Positions 10,959 through 22,794 of a stretch of DNA of 51,677 nucleotides are shown here, in pieces. Within the stretch, counting starts at the first letter, position 1. Each line of letters begins with the position of its first letter. The notes under the pieces are model-generated. The model was not told the DNA's origin. It searched no databases and saw nothing but the letters and a program-made list of their open reading frames with translations. The stretch spans positions 27,596,970 to 27,648,646 of the forward strand of contig NC_081387.1 in assembly GCF_030684315.1 (NCBI RefSeq). The letters are read 5' to 3'. The DNA comes from Stegostoma tigrinum (lineage: Eukaryota). A program made the translations under genes and the position numbers.

Positions 10959-11285
10959 AGCCCCCCAAGGTGACAATGAGCCCCGATCCCCTGGACCTGG
11001 TGCCCGGGCGGGAGCAAACGGTGATCTGTGATATCAGCTCCTACTACCCACTGGACGTGACGGTCAGCTGGACGAGGAAGAGGGCCGCTGGGAACAGTAG
11101 CTCCGAGCCCGTCGCCAACAGCGTGCTGAGTGGCCACCGGCAGAACCCGGACGGCACCTACAATATGAGCAGCTACATCACCGTGCAACCATCCTGGGAG
11201 GACCACCACTCCGTCTACACATGCCACATCAGCCACGTTTCCGTCAAGACCCCTATCCGAAAGAGCATCACCTTAAACGTCGCAG
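10959..11285 (+). CDS. TAPBP: Tapasin exon 5 (IgC1 domain)
   Basis: EPPKVT...ICDISSYYPLDVTVSW...DGTY...YTCHISH, C1-set signature; tgacag| and G|gtaaa junctions; 327 nt. Confidence 0.95.
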
Positions 11286-11404
11286 GTAAAGAGGGCCATT
11301 CGGCCCTGAAACAGGCCCTTCGCCCCCAACTCCCCCGCGTCAACCCCCTTCCCCAATCCAAACCCATTGCCCTGCATTTATCCCCCTATCCACGTGTCTT
11401 TTCT

Positions 11405-11757
11405 CTCACTCATTCACGGGGTGTGAGCATCGCTGGCTGTGTCAGCCATTTACTGCCCCATCCCCAATTGCCCCAGGGGGCAGTTCAGAGTCAACCCCAT
11501 TGCTGTGGGTCTGGAGTCACGTGTAGGCCAGACCAGGTAAGGATGGCAGTTTCCTTCCCCAAAGGACATTAGTGACCCAGATGGGTTTTCCCAACCATTG
11601 GAAATGGATTCACGGTCATCATTAGATCCTTAATTCCACATATTTTTATTGAATTCACATTCCACCATCTGACGTGGTGCGATTCGAACCCAGGTCCCCT
11701 GAATGTTACCTGGGACTCTGGATTAACAGAGCAGTGATAAATCCCCCAGGCCATCAC
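11405..11757 (-). mobile_element. Deu-type SINE copy
   Basis: Same core; GGTTCGAATC B-box on the minus strand near 11681-11690. Confidence 0.7.
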
Positions 11758-11784
11758 TTTCCCTAATGCCCCCATGTCTTTTAT

Positions 11785-13168
11785 AGTCATACAGAGCTGT
11801 ATACAGAGATGTACAGCACAGAAACAGACCCTTCGGTCCAACTCATCCATACTGACCAGATTTCTAAATTAATCCAGTCCCATTTGCCAGCATTTGGTCC
11901 CTATCCCCCTAAACCCTTCCTATTCATGTCCCCATCCAGGTTCCTTTTAAATGCTGTAACTGTACCAGCCCCCACCCACTTCCTCTGGCAGCTCATTCCA
12001 TACACGCACCTCCCTCTGTGGGAAAGAGTTGCCCCTCAGGTCCCTTTTAAATCTTTCCCCTCTCACCTTAAACCTACGTCCCTCTAGTTTTGGACTCCCC
12101 TACCCTGGGGGGAAAAGACCTTGTCTATTCACCCTATCCATGTCCCTCATGATGTTATAAACCTCTATAAGGTCCCCCCTCAGCCTCTGACGCTCCAGGG
12201 AAAATAGCCCCAGCCTATTCAGCCTCTCTCCCTGTAGCTCAAACCCTCCAACCCCGGCAACATCCATGTAAATCTTTCCAGAACCCTTCCAAGTTTCACA
12301 CCATCCTTCCTGTAGCAGGGAGACCGGAACTGAGAGCTGTATTCCAAAAGTGGCCCGAACCAATGTCCTGTCCAGCCCCAACATGACCCTCCCAACTCCC
12401 TGTACTCAACGCACTGATCAATAAAGGCTAAAGTGTACTGAACACCTTCACCATCCTGTCTCCCTGTGAGTCCACTTTCAAGGAACTGTGATCCTGCACC
12501 GCCCCCCCTCAACAAGGTCTCTGTTCAGCAACAGTCCCCAGGACCTTACCATGAAGGAGTATTAGTCCTGCCATGATTTGCCTTTCCAAGATGCAGCACC
12601 TCACATTTATCTAAATTAAACTCCATCTACTTGGCTGATCTGAATGAGATCCCCTTATACTCAGGTAACTTTCTTCACTGTCTACTACACCTCCAATTTT
12701 GGTGTCATCTGCAAACTTACTAATCATACCTCCAATTTCATATCTAAATCATTTCTATAAATGACAAAAAGCAGCGGACCCTGCACCGAACTTCATGGCA
12801 CACCACTGGTCCACAGGCTTCTAATCTGAAAAGCAACTCTCCACCATCACCCTGTCTTCTAACTTTGAGCCAGCTCTGTATCCAAATAGCTCGTGCTCCC
12901 TCTATTCCATGTGATCTAACCTTGCTCACAAATCTGCCATGTGGAACTTTGTCAAATGCCTTACTAAAGTCCACATAGATCACATCTACTACTCTGCCCT
13001 CATCAATGCTCTTCATTACTTCTTCAAAAAACTCCATCAGGTTAGTGAGACACGATTTCCCACGCACAAAGCTATGTTGACAATCCCTCTCAGTCCTTGC
13101 CTTTACAAATAAATGTAAATCCTGTCCCTCAGGATTCCCTCCAACAACACGTCCACCACTGATGTCCA
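11785..13168 (-). mobile_element. CR1 LINE fragment (RT domain to 3' end), frameshifted
   Basis: GKSCLTNL.EFFEEV...VDVIYVDFSKAFDKVPH and LRGDLIEVY motifs. Confidence 0.9.
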
Positions 13169-13460
13169 NNNNNNNNNNNNNNNNNNNNNNNNNNNNNNNN
13201 NNNNNNNNNNNNNNNNNNNNNNNNNNNNNNNNNNNNNNNNNNNNNNNNNNNNNNNNNNNNNNNNNNNNNNNNNNNNNNNNNNNNNNNNNNNNNNNNNNNN
13301 NNNNNNNNNNNNNNNNNNNNNNNNNNNNNNNNNNNNNNNNNNNNNNNNNNNNNNNNNNNNNNNNNNNNNNNNNNNNNNNNNNNNNAGTGAATGTGAGTGT
13401 GAGTGAGTGTGTGTGAGCGTGCGCATGTGTGCGTGTGTGTGTGTGTGTGAGAGTGAGTGT
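13169..13460. other. Assembly gap (13169-13385) followed by a (GT)n-like microsatellite
   Basis: N run then GTGA/GT repeats. Confidence 0.95.
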
Positions 13461-14231
13461 GTTTACCACATCTGGCCTTGCCTGGCTAAAGTCCCTGCTC
13501 TGAGAGCCTCTCAGTTGGGAAACCCCCAGCCTCCTGAGCTGACCACCACCACCGCCCCCCTCCCGTGTGGGTCTCCCACCAGCTTGCCACCTCCACCTGA
13601 AGAGGAGCACTGGCCTACCTCCCTGAGGAGGGGTCACCGTTTTGAGTCTGCGCCAGCCCCTTATCTCACTCACTGCACCCCCATGACAATGGCCCCCCAG
13701 GTGCTTCTCTTCCCTCATGGCGCTATAGAAATGCAACTTGTTGCTGTCCAGAGAGAAGGCACCTTCCCGTCAGGAGATGGACTGTCTCTTGCGTGCTGGG
13801 GATGGGGTGAGGTTGGTGGGTGGAGAGGGGGAGCGTGATGGAGGTATACTTTTTATTAAACAATATAAACACTGATGGAAGTGTACAAAGTGCTGAGGGG
13901 CACTGATGTGGGGGTAGGGGGTACCAGAGGGGTCAGTAACTGGGGTGGGGGGGTAGCGGGAGGTTTAGAGGGGTGAGGAATCTGAAACTGGCCACGTGCC
14001 AGGGTTGGGAGAGGCAGGAACCATCAGGAAGGTGGTCGGACAAATGTTTGGAACACAAGGCAAAGGGCCGAGGGCTAGAGCGGATGGGTGTTGGAGGAAC
14101 AGCAGGGGCGCAGTGGGGCCGAAGGGCCTGTTCCCGTGTCGTCAGACTCTCCGCGGCTTCCTCGCTGCAAGGTGGTCCCTCACTGCGGCTGTGCGATGTC
14201 ACGGTCAGCGGGTCTGATCCTGGGCCACAGT

Positions 14232-15020
14232 TGGGAAAGTGGGTGTGGGGGTGAATGTGAACGAGGAGACCACTCACTGTGAAATATCCTCACGGGTGGG
14301 AAAGTGGGGGGGTGGGGGGGGGTGAATGTGAACGAGGAGACCGCTCACTGTGAAATATCCTCACGGGTGGGAAAGTGGGGGGGTGGGGGGGGGGTGAGAA
14401 TGTGAACGAGGAGACCGCTCACTGTGAAATATCCTCACGGGTGGGAAAGTGGGGGGGTGGGGGGGGGTGAGAATGTGAACGAGGAGACCACTCACTGTGA
14501 AATATCCTCACGGGTGGGAAAGTGGGGGGGTGGGGGGTGTGAGAATGTGAACGAGGAGACCGCTCACTGTGAAATATCCTCACGGGTGGGAAAGTGGGGG
14601 GGTGGGGGGTGTGAGAATGTGAACGAGGAGACCGCTCACTGTGAAATATCCTCACGGGTGGGAAAGTGGGGGGGTGGGGGGGTGAGAATGTGAACGAGGA
14701 GACCACTCACTGTGAAATATCCTCACGGGTGGGAAAGTGGGGGGGTGGGGGGGTGAATGTGAACGAGGAGACCACTCACTGTGAAATATCCTCACGGGTG
14801 GGAAAGTGGAGGGGTGGGGGGGTGAGAATGTGAACGAGGAGACCACTCACTGTGAAACATCCTCACGGGTGGGAAAGTGGGGGGGTGGGGGGTGTGAGAA
14901 TGTGAACGAGGAGACCGCTCACTGTGAAACATCCTCACGGGTGGGAAAGTGGGGGGGTGGGGGGGGGGGGTGAATGTGAACGAGGAGACCGCTCACTGTG
15001 AAATATCCTCACGGGTGGGG
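14232..15020 (+). repeat. About 72-bp G-rich minisatellite, about 11 copies
   Basis: Unit GGGTGGGAAAGT(G)nT(G)nTGAGAATGTGAACGAGGAGACCGCTCACTGTGAAATATCCTCAC; CACGGGTG at 14581 and 14653. Confidence 0.95.
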
Positions 15021-15082
15021 GCAGCTGGTGAAGGCAGGTCCTGATTGGCATTTCTACTAATTCGCTCATCTTCTCCCCGCAG

Positions 15083-15184
15083 GAGCGTCTGGTCCTTCCA
15101 TGGATGATGTGATCGGCATGTTACTGTGCTCGTTTGTTCTGTACGGGACGTTAAAATTCCTCCACTGGGTGTTCAGCGAGAAAG
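15083..15184 (+). CDS. TAPBP: Tapasin exon 6 (transmembrane, GASGPSMDDVIGMLLCSFVLYGTLKFLHWVFSEK)
   Basis: Matches recalled GLSGPSLEDSVGLFLSAFLLLGLFKALGW including the intramembrane Lys; ccgcag| and G|gtaaa junctions; 102 nt. Confidence 0.93.
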
Positions 15185-15309
15185 GTAAATGGGCCCAGTC
15201 CTTCCCGCCGAGCTCCTGTCCCTTCATAATGACAAACATCTCCATCGTGGGTTATAGAGAGAGGGCCCCTTCACTCCCGACAAACTCCACAATGGGAAAG
15301 CACCGAGAC

Positions 15310-15905
15310 TGGAGCTGAATGAGGCCATTCAGCCCCTCGAGTCACCTCTGCTTTTCGCAGCCGATGTGTTTCCCAGCCCTGTTCTCCTGCCTTCTCCCCG
15401 TAACCTTTACCAACCAAGACCCTATCTCTCTCCATCTTAAACACACTCAATAACTTCACCCCCCCCCCCCCCTTCTGTGGCAGAGTCCCACAGATTCCCC
15501 CACAAATTCTTCCTCATCTCAGCTCAATAGGGCTGTCCCTTCACTCTGAGGCTGTGCCCTCAGGTCCTGGTCTCTCCTGCTCATGGAAACATTAACTCCA
15601 CATCCGCTCTATCCAGGCCTCTGTAAGTTTCAATCAGGTCCCTCCCCCCGCTCATCCATCTTAATTCCATCAAATACAGGCCCAGAGTCCTCACCGATTC
15701 CTCACATTGACAAACCCTTCGTCCCCTGGGATCATTCATGTAAACCTCCTCTTGACCCCCCCCCAAAGACCAGCACATCCTTCCTTAGATACGGGGCCCA
15801 AAACTGCTCACAATATTCCAAACACAGTCTGACCAGAGCCTTATACAGCCTCTGCAGAACGCCTCTGCTCTTGTTTTCTAGCCCTTTCAAAATGAACTCT
15901 AACAT
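15310..15905 (-). mobile_element. CR1 3' fragment
   Basis: LYKALVRL.LEYCEQFWAPYLRKDV motif. Confidence 0.85.
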
Positions 15906-16084
15906 TTCTGGAAGCTGGTCCATAAACCACACGTATCTCTGGCCCAGTTTTAGACCTCCTGCTCTAACACAAATCAGTTTTAATCCAGGTTCTCCATGCA
16001 CTTTCCAATGGTGTGCATTCACAGCAGGATCTGCTACTGTTTCTGAGTGATGGGTGAACATTGCTGTGTGTGTTTTTTTCACAG

Positions 16085-16125
16085 TTTATCCTTTGGTCTT
16101 TGGATCAGCAGAAGAAGCAGCAAAG
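16085..16125 (+). CDS. TAPBP: Tapasin exon 7 (cytoplasmic, VYPLVFGSAEEAAK)
   Basis: Strong acceptor ttttttcacag|, donor AAG|gtaag; 41 nt, phase 1 to 0. Confidence 0.8.
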
Positions 16126-16217
16126 GTAAGACCACAGCCAGTGTTTGGCATTGACTGAGGGCAAAGGTGATGGAGATAAACCTCAGAGCAACTTCCTCCA
16201 TTAGAGCTGGGAAAAGG

Positions 16218-17708
16218 AGGGCTATTCCTGCTGGTTATTGGGAGCCATTCCTGCTGGTTATCGGGGGCTATACCTGCTGGTTATTGGGAGCCATTCCTGC
16301 TGGTTATCGGGAGCTATTCCTGCTGGTTATCAGGAGCTATTCCTGCTGGTCAGTGGGAGCTATTCCTGCTAGTTATCGGGAGCCATTCCTGCTGGTTATC
16401 AGGAGCTATTCCTGCTGGTTATCAGGAGCTATTCCTGCTGGTCAGTGGGAGCTATTCCTGCTAGTTATTTGGAGCCATTCCTGCTGGTTATCAGGAGCTA
16501 TTCCTGCTGGTCAGTGGGAGCCATTCCTGCTGGTTATCGGGGGCTATTCCTGCTGGTTATCAGGAGCTATTCCTGCTGGTCAGTGGGAGCTATTCCTGCT
16601 GGTCAGTGGGATCTATTCCTGCTGGTCAGTGGGAGCTATTCCTGCTAGTTATCGGGAGCCATTCCTGCTGGTTATCAGGAGCTATTCCTGCTGGTTATTG
16701 GGAGCCATTGCTGCTGGTTATCAGGGGCTATTCCTGCTGGTTATCAGGAGCTATTCCTGCTGGTCAGTGGGAGCTATTCCTGCTGGTCAGTGGGAGCTAT
16801 TCCTGCTGGTCAGTGGGGGCTATTCCTGCTGGTCAGTGGGAGCTATTCCTGCTGGTCAGTGGGAGCTATTCCTGCTAGTTATCGGGAGCCATTCCTGCTG
16901 GTTATCAGGAGCTATTCTTGCTGGTCAGTGGGAGCTATTCCTGCTAGTTATTGGGAGCCATTCCTGCTGGTCAGTGGGAGCTATTCCTGTTGGTTATCGG
17001 GAGCCATTCCTGCTGGTTATCGGGGGCTATTCCTGCTGGTTATCAGGAGCTATTCCTGCTGGTCAGTGGGAGCTATTCCTGCTGGTCAGTGGGATCTATT
17101 CCTGCTGGTCAGTGGGAGCTATTCCTGCTAGTTATCGGGAGCCATTCCTGCTGGTTATCAGGAGCTATTCCTGCTGGTTATTGGGAGCCATTGCTGCTGG
17201 TTATCAGGGGCTATTCCTGCTGGTTATCAGGAGCTATTCCTGCTGGTCAGTGGGAGCTATTCCTGCTGGTCAGTGGGGGCTATTCCTGCTGGTCAGTGGG
17301 AGCTATTCCTGCTGGTCAGTGGGAGCTATTCCTGCTAGTTATCGGGAGCCATTCCTGCTGGTTATCAGGAGCTATTCCTGCTGGTTATTGGGAGCCATTC
17401 CTGCTGGTTATCGGGGGTTATTCCTGCTGGTTATCAGGAGCTATTCCTGCTGGTCAGTGGGAGCTATTCCTGCTGGTCAGTGGGAGCTATTCCTGCTGGT
17501 TATCAGGAGCTATTCCTGCTGGTCAGTGGGAGCTATTCCTGCTGGTCAGTGGGAGCTATTCCTGCTGGTTATCAGGAGCTATTCCTGCTGGTCAGTGGGA
17601 GCTATTCCTGCTGGTCAGTGGGAGCTATTCCTGCTGGTTATCAGGAGCTATTCCTGCTGGTCAGTGGGAGCTATTCCTGCTGGTCAGTGGGAGCTATTCC
17701 TGCTGGTT
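16218..17708 (+). repeat. 23-bp minisatellite, about 65 copies, with a 483-bp higher-order duplication
   Basis: Unit GGGAGCTATTCCTGCTGGTCAGT and a variant ending GGTTATC; GGGAGC at 16861 and 16884. Confidence 0.95.
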
Positions 17709-17939
17709 GAGCAGTAGCCAGAAGTGGAAGGGAGCCATAATTACTGAGCCAGCCAGCGATGCCCTTGTCCCAGGAGTGAGGAAGAAATTGGGTCAAACGT
17801 ATCACACAGTGAGATCTGGGGAAGGCTTCTTCTAGCTGGGTCACTCTGACGATGCGGTCCAGGGGCATAGGGGCAGGTAGGAGGAAGCTCATGGCTGTTT
17901 TCTCACACTGTCTGCACCTATTCTCACCCTGTCTTACAG

Positions 17940-17954
17940 GTGAAAAGTAACTGA
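17940..17954 (+). CDS. TAPBP: Tapasin exon 8 (VKSN-stop), completing K-V-K-S-N, a KxKxx ER-retrieval motif
   Basis: Pyrimidine tract ...ctcaccctgtcttacag|GTG AAA AGT AAC TGA; total CDS 1377 nt = 458 aa plus stop. Confidence 0.75.
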   Translation: MKSN

Positions 17955-18214
17955 ACCCACAGACTGTAATCAGAGAGGAGCTGGAGAACTGTCGGTATGT
18001 ACAAAGGGGAACTGTCTCCATGGACCTGGAAACCAGGCCCAGCTATGGTTAGTTAGGGGTCACCGTTTGCCCACTGTGAGCCAGAGCAGTGATACTGAGG
18101 CAGGGAGATGATGCCAGTCTGCGAGGGAAGGGGAAGGTGACAGAGAGTGGGCAGGGAGATCGGAGATCAACTGAAGCATCAAACGAAAGGCAAAGGGTGT
18201 GCTAAAAATAACTG

Positions 18215-18486
18215 TTCTCCAGTGTGACCTTATAGAGGTTTATAAAATCATGAGGGGCATGGACAGGGTGAATAGCCAAGGTCTTTTCCCCAGGGATGTC
18301 GGGGGGTGGGGGTGGTGGGGAGAAGAGTCCAGAGCTAGAGGGGCGTAGGGTTAAGGTGAGAGGGGAAAGATTTAAAAGGGACCTGAGGGGTAACTCTTTC
18401 ACACAGAGGGTGGTGTGTGTATGGAACGAGCTGCCAGAGGAAGTGGGTGGGGGCTCGTACAGTTACAGCATTTAAAAGGCATCTGG
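18215..18486 (+). mobile_element. Left part of a split CR1 3' fragment (resumes at about 20474-20610)
   Basis: ...TTTAAAAGGCATCTGG | GATGGGTATGTGAATAGG joins into the CR1 3' sequence seen inverted near 11920-11950. Confidence 0.6.
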
Positions 18487-18810
18487 GGAAGTGGTCAAAC
18501 CCCCTCAGATAACTATCCCAGAAACACCCAGCGAAGCTCGTCTTTCCCCTCGTAATCTATTCAAAAAGAGCAGTTAAAAGAAAGAAAACCCCTGATCTCC
18601 ACTTTACAAGTAACGGAAAACCATTTATTTATTTAACCCAACAATTAACAAATTAACAGATTTACTAACAAACTGACAATTCCCCCTTAGACTACTAACT
18701 ACTCCCTAACTGGTCTAAATTCTACTGGAATGCTGTTTAAACACAAAACAAGTCCCACTCATATCCACCCAACTAATAAGGAGCAATAAATTATAACTTA
18801 ATCTCTCCAA

Positions 18811-19888
18811 TTAGACCATCAGACCAGAAGACATAGGAGTGTAAGTAAAGCCATTCGGCCCATCAAGTACACTCCGCCATTCAAATCATGGCTGATGGGC
18901 ATTTCAACTCCACTTCCCTGCACTCTCCCCGTAGCCCTTGATTCCTTGTGAGATCAAGAATTTGTCGATCTCTGCCTTGAAGGCATCCAACGTCCCGGCC
19001 TCCATGGCAATGAATTCCACAAGCCCACCACTCTCTGGCTGAAGAAATGTCATCTCATTTCAGTTTTAAATTTACCCCCTCTAATTTTCAGCCTGTGTCC
19101 ATGGATCCTAGTCTCCCCGCCTGACGGAAACAACTTCTTAGCGTCCACCCCTTCTAAACCATACATTATCCTGTAAGTTTCTATTAGATCTCCCCTCAAC
19201 CTTCTAAACTCTAATGAGTACAATCCCAGGATCCTCAGCCGTTCATCATACATTAAACCTACCATTCCAGGGATCATCCGTGTGAATCTCCGCTGGACAC
19301 GCTCCAGGGCTAGTATGTCCTTCCTGAGGTGTGGGGCCCAAAATTGGACACAGTATTCTAAATGGGGTCTAACTAGAGCTTTATAAAGCCTCAGAAGCAC
19401 ATCGCTGCTTTTATATTCCAACCCTCTTGAGATAAACAACAACATTACATTCGCTTTCTTAATCACGGACTCTACCTGCAGTTTAACCTTTAGAGAATCC
19501 TGGACCAACACTCCCAGATCCCTTTGGACTTTTGGTTTGTGAATTTTCTCACCGTTTAGAAAATAGTCCATGCCTCTATTCTTTTTTCCAAAGTGCAAAA
19601 CCTCACATTTACTCACATTGAATTTCATCAGCCATTTCCTGGACCACTCTCCTAAACTGTCGAAATCTTTCTGCAGCTTCCCCACCTCCTCAGTACTACC
19701 TGCCTGTCCACCTATCTTTGTATCATCGGCAAACTTCGCCAGAATGCCCCCAGTCCCTTCACCCAGATCCTTAATATATAAGGTGAACAGCTGCGGCCCC
19801 AGCACTGAACCCTGCGGGACACCACTCGTCACCAGTTGCCATTCCAAAAAAGAGCCTTTTATCCCAAATCTCTGCCTTCTGTCAGACA
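18811..19888 (-). mobile_element. Young 5'-truncated CR1 LINE with RT C-terminal ORF (19050-19889)
   Basis: SGVPQGSVLGP, KFADDTK, RPHLEYCVQFWAP motifs; short tandem 3' tail. Confidence 0.95.
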
Positions 19889-21169
19889 AGTTCGCACAGA
19901 CTGTCTTCTGGAATGTTCCGTCATCTCCAGTCTCTTCACAGACACCTTCCTTCTGTTAATTCTGCTGCAGGGATGTTTGATCTCTATAATTCCTTCAATG
20001 AGGACCTTGAGCTGAAGTGCTGCGGTACCTTTGATGAATGAGATGGGCGTTCTCTGAGAGCTGGACAGTGCTCATTCTGGCAGCTGGTGGATGGCTCTCT
20101 CTTACTTTCCAGTCGCCCTCACCTTATAAACCCATAATGATATAATCAGATTCCTATAACATGGTCGGTGTCAGGTTGTCAACACCGTCAGATTTAAATT
20201 CAATTGGCTTTCTGCGCTGAGGTGCTTGGTTTAAATTAATCGGCCAAATTCTAACCTGTTGTCTTGGTTAGAAAAATGCTGCTTGGCTGTTCTGTACAAA
20301 GTATTTCCATTTCATACCCTCTGTCTCTGCCCCTGCCTTTAAAAACTTTCAAGCTTAGACAAACCTCAAGCTCTCAAAGGGGCCACAGCACTCTTTTTCC
20401 CCACAACCATTTTTACCAACAAATGCTAACTTCCTGACTTCCATTTCATGGTTACTCTACCCAACTTTGAAACGATGGGTATGTGAATAGGAGGGGTTTA
20501 GAGGGACATGGGCCAAAAGCTGGCAACTGGGACTAGATCAGTTTAGGATATCTGGTTGGTACTGATGAGTTGTACTGAAGGGTCTGTTTCCGCGCTGTAA
20601 ATCTCCATAACTCTGTCACAATGTACAACGCATTAGACCGACTGAGTGTCAATAGCAGAATGCAAGTGAGTTCTGTAAGACAGCATCAACAAGCCGCAAT
20701 GCCTGACTGGTGGGTACATTTGGAGTGCAGGAGGCTGTAAGGTGTCTAAACCCTAAAATAAGATGTTAATCCTCCAGTTTGGAACAAATTATTGTTTTAT
20801 TCCCATACATCAGTGAGAATGACTGAGGATTACAATGTGCAGATATCCCTGTGTCACCTGTAGTGTAGCTCATGTCCTGAATCTGTTTTCATTTCTGTTC
20901 CAGGTGTCATTATGATGGGGGCTAGTGAATCCTCTCTGTTCTGACCAGGCAATTTTCTGTGCTACAGCAGTACCCCACATTATTCCTGTTTCATCTTGTG
21001 TTTGTTTTTTTATCCCTGTGCTTTTCCAGAAGCTTGGTAGACGTGATTGTGTAAATAATTCTCTAAAATTTGCATTGAAGGTTGAAATCGCTAGTTAAAA
21101 ATCATTTGGGCCCCTCAGTAAAACCCTGTTAGGAAGGCAAAATTCCTGTACATTCTGGTGATGGTGTTG

Positions 21170-21735
21170 CTGAGGTCTCTGTGTATATTGTAGAGACTCT
21201 GTAAACACACAGTGGAATATTGCTGAGATCTCTGTATATTATAGAGACTCTGTAAACACACAGTGGAATATTGCTGAGATCTCTGTACATATTATAGAGA
21301 CTGAGTAAACACACAGTGGAATATTGCTGAGGTCTCTGTACATATTATAGAGACTGAGTATGCACACAGTGGAATATTGCTGAGATCTCTGTACATATTA
21401 TAGAGACTGAGTATGCACACAGTGGAATATTGCTGAGATCTCTGTACATATTATAGAGACTCTGTAAACATACAGTGGAATATTGCTGAGATCTCTGTAC
21501 ATATTATAGCGACTGAGTAAACACACAGTGGAATATTGCTGAGATCTCTGTACATATTATAGAGACTGAGTATGCACACAGTGGAATATTGCTGAGATCT
21601 CTGTATATTATAGAGACTCTGTAAACACACAGTGGAATATTGCTGAGATCTCTGTATATATTATAGAGACTGAGTATGCACACAGTGGAATATTGCTGAG
21701 ATCTCTGTATATATTATAGAGACTCTGTAAACACA
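21170..21735 (+). repeat. 51-53-bp AT-rich minisatellite, about 10.5 copies
   Basis: Unit GAGACTCTGTAAACACACAGTGGAATATTGCTGAGATCTCTGTACATATTATA. Confidence 0.95.
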
Positions 21736-22794
21736 AAGCAGGAAGATTTTGGTCTCATTGTTGAGAGTGAACTCATGGAAACCTGTCTGAAGGAGTATGC
21801 ACGGATGGTAGTCCTGCTGCTCAGAGACTTGATAAGATGTGAATTAACCACGAGCGCTCGAATGACTCGTTGGTCCCTTTGTGACTTCTGGCTAAGAATG
21901 AGCAGACCGCAGCTTTACTGAACCCCGCTTTGTGTCCCTGAGAACTGAAAAACAGCGCTCAGTTCTGCTCCAGGTAACACCTATCACTGTCTCCTAGTGT
22001 CGAGGAGAAACATTCTGAGCCTATAATTCTTGTCTTGTGGCTCATGGCTGTTAACAGCCAAATGCCAAAGTAAAACTGTCCATCTCAATGTGCCCCCCCA
22101 ACACTCCCCCTGAACAATGCCACCTGAACCCAGTGCTATCCTTTTCTACACTGAACAGAACAGATCCACCTCCCCAAATTCCAGGGACATTTGCCTGTTG
22201 CAACTTCCAGCCATTTACTGATTATTTCCACAATCCTTTGCTGTTTGTTTCGTTTTCTGTCCGTCTCTGGACAGATTTGTTTGAAAATTTTGTAGACTTT
22301 TCAATCGCGTATGTCAATGAGTGGGACTGTTTTGTTTGGAATTAAAGTTTTTCCTCCGCCTCAGTCTGAATTTTGCGATATGCAGTAGGCAGTAGAAATA
22401 AAACCAGTCTAACTCCAAACCAAAACACAGCCAGATTGTAAAGAAGGCCTCACACCTAACATGCATTGTCTGTCCTAAAATATCAGCTTTTCGTTGCAAT
22501 GAAAAAAACCTTTACTTCTCTCAAGGCAGTGGTTTGAAAGACTTTTGGGAATTTTCATATATGAATGAATCAATTAAAACCTTCTAACTGATTGAAGATT
22601 TAACAGCATCTTAGGTCTGCTTTAGCGTTCGTATCAGTGATGTGAACTCTCAGTCTTTTACTTCATAACATCTGTGCCACATACCACCTCTCTCACTAAC
22701 ACCTAAGGGAGGAGCGACGCTCCGAAAGTTTGTGTTTTCAAATAAACCTGTTGGGCTACAGCCTGGTGTGGTGTGATTTCTGACCTTGTTCACA

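Noticed and set aside
16167-17835. 516-aa and 294-aa ORFs
   Set aside because: Translations of a stop-poor 23-bp minisatellite inside tapasin intron 7; no domain signature
420-17954. Calling the gene TAPBPR (human TAPBPL)
   Set aside because: CWFVE N-terminus, TM lysine motif, dilysine tail and linkage to VPS52/GPANK1 favour TAPBP; a phylogeny is still needed
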